The notes under the pieces: generated by a model | What the model was told of the DNA's origin: nothing | The model's input: the letters and a program-made list of their open reading frames with translations, nothing else | The model's database searches: none | Shown here: positions 9,904-19,663 of the stretch, piece by piece | Layout: the number at the start of each line of letters is the position of its first letter | Position numbering within the stretch: the first letter of the stretch is position 1 | Source of the DNA: a virus | Lineage: Duplodnaviria; Caudoviricetes | Virus record (IMG/VR): IMGVR_UViG_3300005544_000005 | Coordinates: 5,204-69,203 of that record | Length of the DNA: 64,000 nucleotides | Direction: 5' to 3' (one strand) | Made by a program: the position numbers and the translations under genes

Positions 9904-10755
9904 ATGGCTAACGATAAATCACCGGCTCTAGTCGGCGTTTCCACTTCCACTGTTGGCACAGGCGACTACGCTTGTGGCGCCGCTCTTCCCGGCTTTCGTA
10001 CGTTCAACTCCGGTGTGCTATCCGACGGCGATACGTTCCCATACGAATGCATTGATAAGACGACCACGCCGTACACTTTCGAACGTGGTCGCGGACGATT
10101 CAATGCCGGGCCTAATACCGTCACACGCGTCTTAGTCACTTCCAATAGCGCCAATAATACAGCTCCTATCTCGTGGGGCGCTGGCGGCTCGCGCAATCTA
10201 TTCATTGACGACGGCGACCAAGCTACAGCCAGATCGGTATTAGGATTAGATACAGCGGCATATCTTCCGGTTGGTACGGGTGCCAATCAAATCGTACAGC
10301 TCGATGGCACCGCTCACATTCCGACCTCTCTCTATACGACCCTGCCGCATACTCACTCGTCAATCGTCTCGTCTATCGCATGGACTGGCGGGTCCAATTC
10401 AAACATCCTCAAGTGGTCCTCTGCCGGTGTACTAGCCGCCGCTGGTCTAGGCGATTCCGTTACCGCTCTATGGCCATTATGGGCTAAGGGTTCGGACGGC
10501 GTATATTACACATTCGGCGAGGTACCATTTACCGGGGTTGTGGCTGGACAACGTTACTATCTAGGGGCAGCGGGCGCCATTTCTACGACGTTCTCAAACG
10601 GTGTGAACGATATACCAGACGGCACACACATTATGGTAATAGTGGGGTACGGCGCCGCGACCGGTGTACTATTCTTTAACCCATCGCATCCGTTCGCGTC
10701 TATCCTGTCTTCTGGTACGGCATTGAAGCTTGAGCATGGCGACTTTAAGGTGTAG
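9904..10755 (+). CDS. Tail fibre-like protein
   Basis: N-terminus STSTVGTGDYACGAALPGFRTF...FERGRG...SWGAGGSRNLFI resembles a common fibre anchor domain. Confidence 0.7.
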   Translation: MANDKSPALVGVSTSTVGTGDYACGAALPGFRTFNSGVLSDGDTFPYECIDKTTTPYTFERGRGRFNAGPNTVTRVLVTSNSANNTAPISWGAGGSRNLFIDDGDQATARSVLGLDTAAYLPVGTGANQIVQLDGTAHIPTSLYTTLPHTHSSIVSSIAWTGGSNSNILKWSSAGVLAAAGLGDSVTALWPLWAKGSDGVYYTFGEVPFTGVVAGQRYYLGAAGAISTTFSNGVNDIPDGTHIMVIVGYGAATGVLFFNPSHPFASILSSGTALKLEHGDFKV

Positions 10756-10804
10756 GAACGGTTAGTACAAGTAAATAGCACATAACCTTGAAAGGAGACT
10801 GTAA

Positions 10805-11434
10805 ATGGAAACCTACCGCAGCATCCCCGTTTGGCTCCGTGTCGGCAATTCGGCAGACGAAATCATCTATCGCGACCGCTCCGGCGCCGTCGCCCGTGCG
10901 TCATGGTTACCTGACGAATCGCACGACACATTTGGCGTAAAAATCGGCGGCGAAGACTCCCCCGTCTCGGGTACCTTAGTCGGCGAACGGTATTCCCGTC
11001 AGCTCCTCCAACAGGCTATCCGGGTGGGCGCCCTACCGCTGCGTACTGATTATGTCGTGACGGACCGCGATGACGACCTTATGAAGCTGGTAGCGATTGG
11101 CGACCTCCCTGCCTGGGACGCTCTCGTGGCACCTGTCCTGGCCCGTCTACACCTGTCCGCTCCTCCTAGCTCAGGCCCTGGCGACTCCAACCCCGGCGTG
11201 GTGCCGCCTACCCCAAGCCGGCCGGACGGTGGCGTCCTAGAGCGTCCCACACCCATCGGCACGGCACAGGACCCAGCCATGGGACTGGTGTTCAAACTTC
11301 AGGACGCTCTCCGCGGGATGGCTGCGATGCAGGTGTTCGACACTGCCAGTATGAAGATTGTCAAGATAAGCGACACGGAATACTGGCGAACCACAGTGGC
11401 ACCATTGTTGAAGTCGATGTTTATGTCGAGCTAA
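10805..11434 (+). CDS. Hypothetical protein with Pro/Gly linker
   Basis: AAAGGAG SD; 209-aa ORF heading the putative lysis cassette. Confidence 0.65.
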   Translation: METYRSIPVWLRVGNSADEIIYRDRSGAVARASWLPDESHDTFGVKIGGEDSPVSGTLVGERYSRQLLQQAIRVGALPLRTDYVVTDRDDDLMKLVAIGDLPAWDALVAPVLARLHLSAPPSSGPGDSNPGVVPPTPSRPDGGVLERPTPIGTAQDPAMGLVFKLQDALRGMAAMQVFDTASMKIVKISDTEYWRTTVAPLLKSMFMSS

Positions 11435-11490
11435 GACAGCCAGTCTACGAACGGATAGGGTACAGTGGCGCGCGCATCGGAGACCGTAAT

Positions 11491-11964
11491 ATGACATATC
11501 AACCGCACGGCATGTGCTGGCTTTGGGATTACCGTCTAATCCTTCTCCATGCGCCGTCCGATTTCGCTACCTTTATCGCATATAGCATCATTGTCATTGT
11601 CGCGGCGTACGTCTATCGCTGCGGCACTTTATCCCACCTGCGCACGGCTTATCCGCGGCTGTGGAAGTCTGGAGTCGGATTTATCGGCACGTGTGGGCTG
11701 TCGCACTTAGGAAATTTCCTAGAAGTGTGGTATGGCGGCGGTCTGTACTGGATGTCGGGCGTTAACAAAGTCATAATGGCAGTATTCTCACTGTACTTCG
11801 CCGTACAGTTCTACCGCGTCCGTGACGAGCTAGTGCTAGCCGGAAGAGTACTCCACGCTTCGGCGGATTTTTTACAGGCACATATTGACGGCGAGCGTGT
11901 GGAATTTGATCGTAAACAGCCACATCCGCCGCAGCCGTCGCCACAGCCGCCGCTGTCTCAATAG
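11491..11964 (+). CDS. Stand-alone ethylene-receptor-type (ETR1-like) three-TM sensor domain
   Basis: PHGMCWLW, SDFATFIAY, GFIGTCGLSHL, YWMSGVNKVIMAVFS parallel the ethylene-binding domain; no output domain. Confidence 0.8.
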   Translation: MTYQPHGMCWLWDYRLILLHAPSDFATFIAYSIIVIVAAYVYRCGTLSHLRTAYPRLWKSGVGFIGTCGLSHLGNFLEVWYGGGLYWMSGVNKVIMAVFSLYFAVQFYRVRDELVLAGRVLHASADFLQAHIDGERVEFDRKQPHPPQPSPQPPLSQ

Positions 11965-11984
11965 TGTAACGATAACAGCCGCAC

Positions 11985-12434
11985 ATGCCCATCATCGCTC
12001 AAATGCCCGGACTCGATCCCACCCCCTACACGGCGTGGGGAGTACTTGGTTTGCTTGGCGTGTCGTTAATAGTGATGCTGGGGGTGGTCTGGAAATTAAT
12101 CACCCAGCAGACAGCCAACATGAAAACGCGTGATGAGCTAATCATGAATTTCGTAGATCGCCACCGTAGCGAAACAACCAAAACACTAGCCGAAGTCGCT
12201 AATACCATAGCGGCATCCGGTGAGCGTCAAGCCGCTGCCGCTACAGCATCAAATGAAAAGATTGGCGCTATCCTTACCCGCCACACTAGGATGCTGGATG
12301 AGGTGCTAATGTCTAACCGTGTGCTAGACAAGATTTCAGCTATGAAACAATCTGGCGTGGTCATGAGTCAGGCCGAAATAGAAACCCTGGTCCGGACAAT
12401 CATGCATGAACGCTCCACTGCCCGAGAGGGATAG
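11985..12434 (+). CDS. Holin-like membrane protein (one N-terminal TM, helical tail)
   Basis: TM WGVLGLLGVSLIVMLGVVWKLI; post-tail location. Confidence 0.5.
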   Translation: MPIIAQMPGLDPTPYTAWGVLGLLGVSLIVMLGVVWKLITQQTANMKTRDELIMNFVDRHRSETTKTLAEVANTIAASGERQAAAATASNEKIGAILTRHTRMLDEVLMSNRVLDKISAMKQSGVVMSQAEIETLVRTIMHERSTAREG

Positions 12435-12436
12435 AT

Positions 12437-12769
12437 ATGCGCCAGCCGTGGGGGTCTGTCGAGAAGTGGGGGCCGTGTGTGGTAGCGGTTATTGCGCTAT
12501 TTGCTGTGATAGGGATAGGGTGGACTACTTCAAGTCGAATGTCGAAAATCGAAGGACACACATACGCGCATAGTACCGCGCATGATGGGATGGAGATAGC
12601 TTTAAGAGCCGAAATTCAAACTTGGCAAGCGTATGTCGTAAGCCTGCAAGCAATTATGATTAAAAATGGCATTAAAGACGTACCATTGCCGCCTAAACCG
12701 TTATCGCCATTATCGTCGCCGTCGTCATGCCCATCGAACTGCCCGCCAACTAAAAAGAAGGAGAAGTAA
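12437..12769 (+). CDS. Single-pass membrane protein, possible lysis accessory
   Basis: TM CVVAVIALFAVIGIGW; Pro-rich basic C-terminus. Confidence 0.5.
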   Translation: MRQPWGSVEKWGPCVVAVIALFAVIGIGWTTSSRMSKIEGHTYAHSTAHDGMEIALRAEIQTWQAYVVSLQAIMIKNGIKDVPLPPKPLSPLSSPSSCPSNCPPTKKKEK

Positions 12770-12773
12770 CATC

Positions 12774-13091
12774 ATGGCCGGAGCCGCATGCAAGGTTATT
12801 ATCAACGATACCACCCAGGCGCTATCTAGATCCCTGGAGACCATCCTCACCAACCCTGATATCCACGGCGGCATGATTCCTGAGCGTGATCGCAAAACGA
12901 TGTTGCAATCGCTAGCGGACATCGATATCCTAGCGTTCACCGGCGTGTATAACGCGCCTGGTACGCCTCTAGGACTGCTAGATATCGTCTTAAAGCTTGA
13001 GACGTGTGGGCTAATCACAGACGACGTGTGGAAGGTGCTGCCTAGGCCGGCTAGGGCGGGGGTTGGAAATGGTGGCATCAAGAAGAGATAG
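12774..13091 (+). CDS. Hypothetical protein
   Basis: AAGGAG SD before ATG 12774; ends before terminator. Confidence 0.6.
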   Translation: MAGAACKVIINDTTQALSRSLETILTNPDIHGGMIPERDRKTMLQSLADIDILAFTGVYNAPGTPLGLLDIVLKLETCGLITDDVWKVLPRPARAGVGNGGIKKR

Positions 13092-13115
13092 TCAATAGAC
13101 CGGGCTGTAAAGTGG

Positions 13116-13154
13116 AAAGGCGCCTGGAGGTCGACCCACTCAGGCGCCTTTTTT
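13116..13154. terminator. Probably bidirectional intrinsic terminator
   Basis: AAAGGCGCCTG-loop-CAGGCGCCTTTTTT between convergent genes. Confidence 0.85.
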
Positions 13155-13175
13155 CTCTTCTGTGATTCGAGCCGG

Positions 13176-13439
13176 TTACTGTCCTGCCAACCTCGCCAAT
13201 TCCGTCTCGATAGCCACTTCGATAACGACGGCGGCCGCTGCTTTGACGAACGGATTGCCGATCCGCGACAACGCCTGATCGATTAACGGCTTCAGTTCCG
13301 CCCGGCCTTCTGGACTGGCGAGGTAGCTGAATAGAGCGGCGTTGAATGATGTGGCGTCGACGGAGGCGTGCTCGGTAGCGGCGACGGCGGAGGCGGATAG
13401 ATCTTGTCCGGGTTGTGGCGGATTCATTGGGATTTCCAT
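13176..13439 (-). CDS. Hypothetical protein
   Basis: ORF converging on terminator. Confidence 0.55.
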   Translation of the reverse strand: MEIPMNPPQPGQDLSASAVAATEHASVDATSFNAALFSYLASPEGRAELKPLIDQALSRIGNPFVKAAAAVVIEVAIETELARLAGQ

Positions 13440-13483
13440 AGCCTATAATCCTCTTATCGGTCGACTTGTACGCGCGGTGAATT

Positions 13484-13948
13484 TTAGACACTCGGCGGCG
13501 GAGGCGGCGCGGTTGTGGCAATCGCGGCCTTAACCTTATCGTCCAACGCTTTAAGCTTGGCGGTCAGCTCGACCTCTACCGCGGTATCGCCGTTCGCTTG
13601 TGCCTCTGCCAGTTGACGCTTTAAATCCTCGATCTCTGCCAGATCCTTGGCGATCTCCGCCGAGTCTGCGGCAATCGTAGCCGCCTGTGATGCCTCTGTG
13701 GCTTCCGCCGTTGCCAGTGCGTTAGCCAGGCTATCGACGTCGGTTTCCAGCATGTTCTCGATATTCTTCAAGTCGTCAGCTTCCTTTGACATTCGCTTCT
13801 CCATACGGTTAAGTTGGGCGGACATTTGACCTAATTGATGTGTGATGACGTGTAGAGCATTGATGATGTAGTCTACTTTACTTGGGAACACTGGAATGCG
13901 GCTCATGGTGACGGGTGAGGTTGGCGGTTGTGGCAACATTGGTTTCAC
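13484..13948 (-). CDS. Coiled-coil hypothetical protein
   Basis: Heptad-like Ala/Glu/Leu pattern; GGGGATAGAA upstream. Confidence 0.6.
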   Translation of the reverse strand: MKPMLPQPPTSPVTMSRIPVFPSKVDYIINALHVITHQLGQMSAQLNRMEKRMSKEADDLKNIENMLETDVDSLANALATAEATEASQAATIAADSAEIAKDLAEIEDLKRQLAEAQANGDTAVEVELTAKLKALDDKVKAAIATTAPPPPPSV

Positions 13949-14040
13949 ATTTCTATCCCCCTTTAAGGCCGGTTTATTCGGTATTTATTTGGCGTTGTCT
14001 GTGTGCATTACTCTACCCTTGTTGCGGCCACAAGTCAAGA

Positions 14041-14090
14041 ACTTCCGCCTTACTTGCCCGGAACGAAATGTGGTAAGTGTGTGGTAGGCT
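14041..14090 (+). promoter_or_regulatory. Promoter with 22-bp motif shared with 23932
   Basis: ACTTCCGCCTTACTTGCCCGGA exact match at 23932-23953; GTGGTAGGCT extended -10-like. Confidence 0.6.
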
Positions 14091-14133
14091 GTGAATCGTC
14101 AAGAGGGAGATAAAAGGAAAGGACGGTAGTGAA

Positions 14134-14376
14134 ATGGCAGATAATGACATTCACGTCAACCGTACCGGCTATTGGGTTACGTACCGCGCTAATTCTAGCG
14201 AAGATCGTGACGACCGCGATATTATACGCACGTACGCCTGTACCGATCTGGAGGGGTTGTACGCTCTAATCGACCACTTAACTGGCCGACCTACCGACTC
14301 GTTTCCGTTAGACAGTCGCGGATTGCCAATAGCGCCGAATGTGACGATTGCATACCCGTTGCATATTTACAGTTAA
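14134..14376 (+). CDS. Hypothetical protein
   Basis: AAAGGA SD; first gene of replication operon. Confidence 0.55.
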   Translation: MADNDIHVNRTGYWVTYRANSSEDRDDRDIIRTYACTDLEGLYALIDHLTGRPTDSFPLDSRGLPIAPNVTIAYPLHIYS

Positions 14377-14393
14377 GCCAGAAGGTAACCACT

Positions 14394-14615
14394 ATGAAAT
14401 ACGATCGCCACGGCGCCTGTGCTCAACGTGGTCAACAGTTCCACCGCCACTCCTATCCAATCGGCCGCGCGACGTTAAAATCCGCTAATAACGTTGAAAG
14501 CCCGACTGGATTTAGATCTAGAGGACCCGCTGCGGAGAGACAGGCGAGAAGGTTGGCGCGGCAGGTGGAAAGGAAAGATAAAATAACTGTATATGACAAT
14601 GGACGGCCCCGGTAA
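14394..14615 (+). CDS. Small basic hypothetical protein
   Basis: GAAGG SD; abuts helicase start. Confidence 0.5.
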   Translation: MKYDRHGACAQRGQQFHRHSYPIGRATLKSANNVESPTGFRSRGPAAERQARRLARQVERKDKITVYDNGRPR

Positions 14616-16322
14616 ATGTCACTCGGTCGCGCCACGTCTCACCTACCCTCACCCTCCTCTTTACGTTCGTCGCATTCACGTGTCGAGCCATTGGGTGCCG
14701 CCTCCCTCTCTCCGCCCCGTCTCGACCCGCGCGCTATCGGTCTACCCTCAAAGTTCTCCCGTCTCTATCCACAACAAGAGGACTGCATACTCCAGGCGCT
14801 ATCCTCGCCCAAACGCTTCATAGGCATATTCGCGCCGACCGCTTCCGGCAAAACAGCCATATACGCCTCCATCGCTCTTCTCCGCCATGATCGCGCGCAA
14901 GTCAACGTTCACACTAAAGCACTCCAAGCTCAAATCACCAACGACTTTCCCTCGATATTCTCTATCACCGGCCACCGCAATTATTGCCCGTTAACTGTCT
15001 CTGAATCAGACGCAGACGTCACCGGCTGTCCATTACGGCAAGCGTGCCGCTATCGGCCGGAAGTAGAATACGCCGCGAAATCACAAACTATAGTCACGAA
15101 TTACTCTCATGATTTCACCATCGCCAAATCATTCGCACCGGATAGGCTAGGCGACCGCTCATTACTAATCCTAGACGAGGCGCATGGCATCCATGACGAG
15201 CTGACCGGTCAAATGACAATTGACATATCGACTGCCCGGATTCATCGCCTCATCAATATGTCTGTGCCGAAATCGCTGTCAACTGTTGACTGGTATGATT
15301 GGTCTAGGGAAGCGATAGCCAAGTGTGAAAGCCGTGCTATCACTCTTCACAATGAGTACGAATCCGGTAGCGCCAAAGGTACAGAACTCCGCCGTTTAGG
15401 CCGTCTATCGTCCGATCTGAAACGATTCGTCTTCTCGTCTGCCCCAGCCGGCACACTTGGTAGCGCATTGGGTGTTAACCCTCATTTCGCCGCCGTACCC
15501 TACGTCGTCAAGCGCAAAGATGATACCACCGGCTTCCTAATCACACCTGTTCTAGCCAAATCATTCGCTGAGGAATTCCTCTTCCGCGGAGTCTCTAAGA
15601 TCATACTCACATCGGCGTCAATCGACCGCAAAGACATGTTCGATCTAGGAATCAAGCCCGACGACTTGGAATATATCGAAGTCCCTAGCGTCATTGACCC
15701 GTCACGGCGTAAGATCTATTTCACACCTACGTCTCCACCAACCAGTCTCAAACACCCCGTGTCGAGCGGTGCATTACGTCTCCACTCTATGTTAGCCTCT
15801 GAGATCGTCTCCGGACGCCTCGACCGTCGCGGGTTGATTCAAACCCCGTCCTATCACGTCAATAGTAAATTCTTAGAGGATTTCAAATTCCGTGACATCG
15901 TTATCACTCACGGGGCGGGTGGCGGGCGCAAAGCAGTCGAGACGTTTAAATCGTCACTAATTCCTAGCGTTCTTGTCTCGCCGGCGGTGAGAGAGGGCTA
16001 TGACTTTCCATATGAATTGTGCTCGTACGGGATTATCCTAAAACTTCCATGGCCTAATACTCACGACAATCCCGAACTCGCCATGCGGTGTAAATTAGAC
16101 AAGGACTATCGCGAGCGGTTCGTTACGCAGCAGATGGAACAAATGATAGGGCGGATTGTGCGTACCCCTAGCGACTGGGGCGAAATATTCATCATTGACG
16201 AGCAGTGGGGGTGGTTTGTCAAATCTGCGCCGCTTCATCAGTATGTACGCGATGCGTTGGTAGATTGTTCGGAGAGGGGTAGAGTGCTGCCACTGCCACC
16301 GAAGTTGGACTATCAGATATGA
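14616..16322 (+). CDS. DinG/YoaA-like SF2 helicase
   Basis: APTASGKT, LILDEAH, LTSAS, EGYDF, QMIGRIVRTPSDWG motifs. Confidence 0.85.
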   Translation: MSLGRATSHLPSPSSLRSSHSRVEPLGAASLSPPRLDPRAIGLPSKFSRLYPQQEDCILQALSSPKRFIGIFAPTASGKTAIYASIALLRHDRAQVNVHTKALQAQITNDFPSIFSITGHRNYCPLTVSESDADVTGCPLRQACRYRPEVEYAAKSQTIVTNYSHDFTIAKSFAPDRLGDRSLLILDEAHGIHDELTGQMTIDISTARIHRLINMSVPKSLSTVDWYDWSREAIAKCESRAITLHNEYESGSAKGTELRRLGRLSSDLKRFVFSSAPAGTLGSALGVNPHFAAVPYVVKRKDDTTGFLITPVLAKSFAEEFLFRGVSKIILTSASIDRKDMFDLGIKPDDLEYIEVPSVIDPSRRKIYFTPTSPPTSLKHPVSSGALRLHSMLASEIVSGRLDRRGLIQTPSYHVNSKFLEDFKFRDIVITHGAGGGRKAVETFKSSLIPSVLVSPAVREGYDFPYELCSYGIILKLPWPNTHDNPELAMRCKLDKDYRERFVTQQMEQMIGRIVRTPSDWGEIFIIDEQWGWFVKSAPLHQYVRDALVDCSERGRVLPLPPKLDYQI

Positions 16323-16477
16323 ATAATAATAGGTACGGGTGGCATATTCTAGCTAGAGCGCATGACCATATATATAATGCCAAAAGTATACCACTGAAAG
16401 AGCGTGTCGAGAGTTGCTATCTAGTTATTCGGTTAATGATAAATCTGTTACCCGCCCCGAAAAGGAGACCAGTCGCC

Positions 16478-16705
16478 ATGAAAGCCACCGTTCACGCTGA
16501 AATCACGTTCGACCTAGCCACACCAAACGACTACGACGAGACGATTACGTCATGGGAAGACGCGGCGGAGTATGACCTTCAATATCTGACTATCACAATC
16601 GGAGATAACGACGTAATCTTTTCTACGTCATCATTGCAAATTGAAGGTAAGGAGGAATTTGAACGTACAGACGATGATGATGATGACGACCTAGACAAAT
16701 TCTAA
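16478..16705 (+). CDS. Small acidic hypothetical protein
   Basis: AAAGGAG SD before ATG 16478. Confidence 0.55.
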   Translation: MKATVHAEITFDLATPNDYDETITSWEDAAEYDLQYLTITIGDNDVIFSTSSLQIEGKEEFERTDDDDDDDLDKF

Positions 16706-16777
16706 CCACACAACCACCGGGCCGATAATGGTTATCGCGCCCATCATTAAACGTATACAGACAGGGAGAAAAGCTAG

Positions 16778-17914
16778 ATGCCACTGAATCCTACTACACC
16801 GCAGTTACCACAACAGACCATGCCGCAACAGTCTGCTCCGGCCCAGGTCGGCTCTATCATCCGCCCGCCCGGATTCGTTCCATTCTCAATGGTCGATCCG
16901 GACAACGCCGAAGTTTACGGACTCGCAGACAGATTCCGCGCGACCATCCGCCTCGTACGCGCAGTCCCCTACGACTACTTCCGCCTCCGTCGCCAAATTG
17001 CCGTGCGCGATGGTAAGTCAACCAAAACTATCACTGGCCGCGACGGATACTCTCTTGCCGTTGTCGTCTACTTCGAGCCCGATCCGGGACAAGGGTACGA
17101 ATCGCTCGACCCGGCATATTACTCGGCCGTGTCACTCTACAACTTCGTGCCTTCGCTGGACGGTATCAACGTCATTCCCAATGCTACATGGGAGGGATTC
17201 CAGGAACTCGCCGAAGGTAAGGCCCATATCTTCCACGGCGCCACCAACGACCAACCCTACGAGCACGAAGATCTCCTCGAATACTCCGGGCCGTTTATGG
17301 CACCGGTAGGCGGGTTGGAAGACGACGGCACTCCCAAGCGCGGGCACCGTGGCATCGATTTAGGTTCCGATTGGAAACACTTCCTCGACCACGCCGCGAG
17401 CGCCGGCTTGAAGATCGACCCAGCAGCGTGGGCGGCGAAGGGACTGGCGGCGTTCGAAGGACATCGCGGCCGGTTCGATCGTATCAAGGTCAAGAACAAG
17501 AAGGAGGGCGAGCATGACGTCCTTCTTATGACAGAGTACATGGGGTTTAACGGAGTCGGTGGGCAGGTTAATGGTGGACAGGCCGTGACCGGGGCCACGA
17601 ACGTACAGACACAAGCCAATCAGGCCGTGACTCCTTCGGCTCAAGCCCCTGTCGCAGCTCCAGCGCAGACCACCCCGGCGGCGGCTATCAATCCCGCTAT
17701 CATCGAATTCGTTCGTATGGCCCTCGCACAGGCGGGCGGTAAACTGGCAACCGGCATGCTCATCTCGCAAGTGGCAGCATCTCCACTATTCACCGGCAAC
17801 GGTGTCCTCACCGCCGAAGCCTACCGTACTCTCGCCGCACCAGACGCACCGGCTCGGCTGACAGCAGCTGGATTCGTAGTCAACCCGGCAACGGCCGAGG
17901 TATCGTTGTCGTAA
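16778..17914 (+). CDS. Hypothetical protein, possibly ssDNA-binding/replication accessory
   Basis: 378-aa ORF with GGGAG SD, Gln/Ala/Pro linker; location in replication cluster only. Confidence 0.5.
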   Translation: MPLNPTTPQLPQQTMPQQSAPAQVGSIIRPPGFVPFSMVDPDNAEVYGLADRFRATIRLVRAVPYDYFRLRRQIAVRDGKSTKTITGRDGYSLAVVVYFEPDPGQGYESLDPAYYSAVSLYNFVPSLDGINVIPNATWEGFQELAEGKAHIFHGATNDQPYEHEDLLEYSGPFMAPVGGLEDDGTPKRGHRGIDLGSDWKHFLDHAASAGLKIDPAAWAAKGLAAFEGHRGRFDRIKVKNKKEGEHDVLLMTEYMGFNGVGGQVNGGQAVTGATNVQTQANQAVTPSAQAPVAAPAQTTPAAAINPAIIEFVRMALAQAGGKLATGMLISQVAASPLFTGNGVLTAEAYRTLAAPDAPARLTAAGFVVNPATAEVSLS

Positions 17915-18059
17915 GTGGCCTAGAGCCTAGACATTTGCACGGTGCCGACCGGAATTGAATATAGAAAGGAACGGTATCTGCCAGTCGGCACACTGGAAAT
18001 GTTTAAACACCCGGCCACTATGATTCTTTTGGGTAATATAGAAAGGTACGATAGATAAT

Positions 18060-18320
18060 ATGCCAGTAATCAACAGAATCGAACGCGATTACGATGTACC
18101 GTTAGTCCTCAACTGTGAAGTACAATTTGACAGCGCCAACGATCTCATCCCGTGTGAAACCAACCCTGACACGGGCGCCGAGTCACGTCAATTTGAACGA
18201 TTCCACGCTTACGCTGAAATGACGATTGGAACGAAAGTACCACTGCGCCACGTGTGCAGGGCGTGCGCTAAAAAGTGGCACAAGTCACGGGAACAACGGT
18301 CCGGGATTAGGTGGGCGTAA
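18060..18320 (+). CDS. Hypothetical protein (CxxC motif)
   Basis: GAAAGG SD; HVCRAC. Confidence 0.55.
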   Translation: MPVINRIERDYDVPLVLNCEVQFDSANDLIPCETNPDTGAESRQFERFHAYAEMTIGTKVPLRHVCRACAKKWHKSREQRSGIRWA

Positions 18321-18559
18321 TACCGTGGACGCGTCTATATTAAACGAAGACCAAGAATTTCCAGGCTGCGCGACGAAATAGCTATGTTGCTAGACCGCAA
18401 GATACGTCCGTTACTACCGGCTGAAGATTATTGTTTGACTTTTATAGCACACGTGCCTAGTAATCCTGAGTTGGATATTATCGTCACCCAGGAAGTAGAT
18501 GGTTGTTATTTATAAGACGTTCTAAGAAGACGCTTTTAACCGCAGGTAGAAAGGGTATC

Positions 18560-18793
18560 ATGCGAATCGACTTCGGTCTAGTAGACAACGCCGAAAAAAA
18601 TGGAGACATAGTGTTCTCTGTCGGCGACATTCCTAGCGTACCGCGCGCAGGTGATGAGGTTACATTGCACACAGCCGGAGAGCTTGGTGCTTGGAGAATC
18701 ACACGACTGCGCTGGGATTTCTATCCGCCAATGAACGCCTACGGCGAAGGCGGGCATGTAATAGTCTATGGCTTTGGTGATAAAATCAGATGA
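18560..18793 (+). CDS. Hypothetical protein
   Basis: AAAGGG SD; VPRAGDEV motif. Confidence 0.55.
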   Translation: MRIDFGLVDNAEKNGDIVFSVGDIPSVPRAGDEVTLHTAGELGAWRITRLRWDFYPPMNAYGEGGHVIVYGFGDKIR

Positions 18794-18817
18794 TCTAATC
18801 TACAAGGATAAAAGAAA

Positions 18818-19006
18818 GTGACCGAAGAAAACAGACTTGAATCTATGGCATTTTTATTGTTCGAATTCGAACGAGAAATCCGACAATTTCAATATAGGCT
18901 TAGGCCGGAACGCGTAAACAAGCTCACAGAATTGAGGAAGCGATACAATGACGGTGATAGATCGGAAGAGCTAAGCAAACTTATATTTGAATTCCCGCGT
19001 GTATGA
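18818..19006 (+). CDS. Hypothetical protein
   Basis: Stop overlaps next start. Confidence 0.5.
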   Translation: MTEENRLESMAFLLFEFEREIRQFQYRLRPERVNKLTELRKRYNDGDRSEELSKLIFEFPRV

Positions 19007-19659
19007 ATCAATCTACTAGCGCCCCCGTCCTCATCCACGACGGCTTTCCGCCTGATCTATTCGATTTCTCTTCACCGTTCGGCGGCGGAACTGTCGGCGG
19101 ATCGTCCGCGTCTCGCACGTCGGGCGTTCACATATCCGGAATCACTCACGCTATGGCTATCCATTTCGGATATTTAAAAGAACGACCTATGTCGGAGCTG
19201 ATCCGTCAAGCGTTCATGGGGCTAGGCACTGCGATAGAATGGGCATTAGCCTACGCGTACTCACGTCGCCACCCCGGAGAATACATCCACCAACCCGGCG
19301 AAATGATCAAAGACGGCATCCTTGCCCATATTGATCTGATCCGCACTCCAGATCCGCGCGGGTTGATTGTTGACGACGTTAAGATGAGATGGTGTTCTTC
19401 GCACAAACCACTAACCGATCCTTCCTTCTGGGAAGCTTGGACGCGATTAAAGGGTTATTGTCATTACGTCGGATCACATATCGGCCGGCTTCACGTTGTC
19501 TACCCCAATGGCGAGGGATTCGGTAAGCGCCCGGATGGATCGCCTAAGCAATTCGGCCCGGTCTATCGAATATGGGAATGGGAGTGGACGGAATTAGAGA
19601 TCGAACAAAATTGGGCGATGTTGTTAAATCACAAGCATATGGCAGAAGCGGAAAAGTGA
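19003..19659 (+). CDS. PD-(D/E)xK exonuclease-like protein
   Basis: HISGI, GTAIEWA, AHIDLI...VDDVK, RLKGYC. Confidence 0.7.
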   Translation: MNQSTSAPVLIHDGFPPDLFDFSSPFGGGTVGGSSASRTSGVHISGITHAMAIHFGYLKERPMSELIRQAFMGLGTAIEWALAYAYSRRHPGEYIHQPGEMIKDGILAHIDLIRTPDPRGLIVDDVKMRWCSSHKPLTDPSFWEAWTRLKGYCHYVGSHIGRLHVVYPNGEGFGKRPDGSPKQFGPVYRIWEWEWTELEIEQNWAMLLNHKHMAEAEK

Positions 19660-19663
19660 CAAA

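Noticed and set aside
17942-18058. GTGCCGAC...GTCGGCAC inverted repeat and 38-aa ORF
   Set aside because: Long loop, no U-tract and no SD; insufficient support
19003-19659. Cas4
   Set aside because: Lacks the Fe-S cysteine set; better described as a generic PD-(D/E)xK exonuclease
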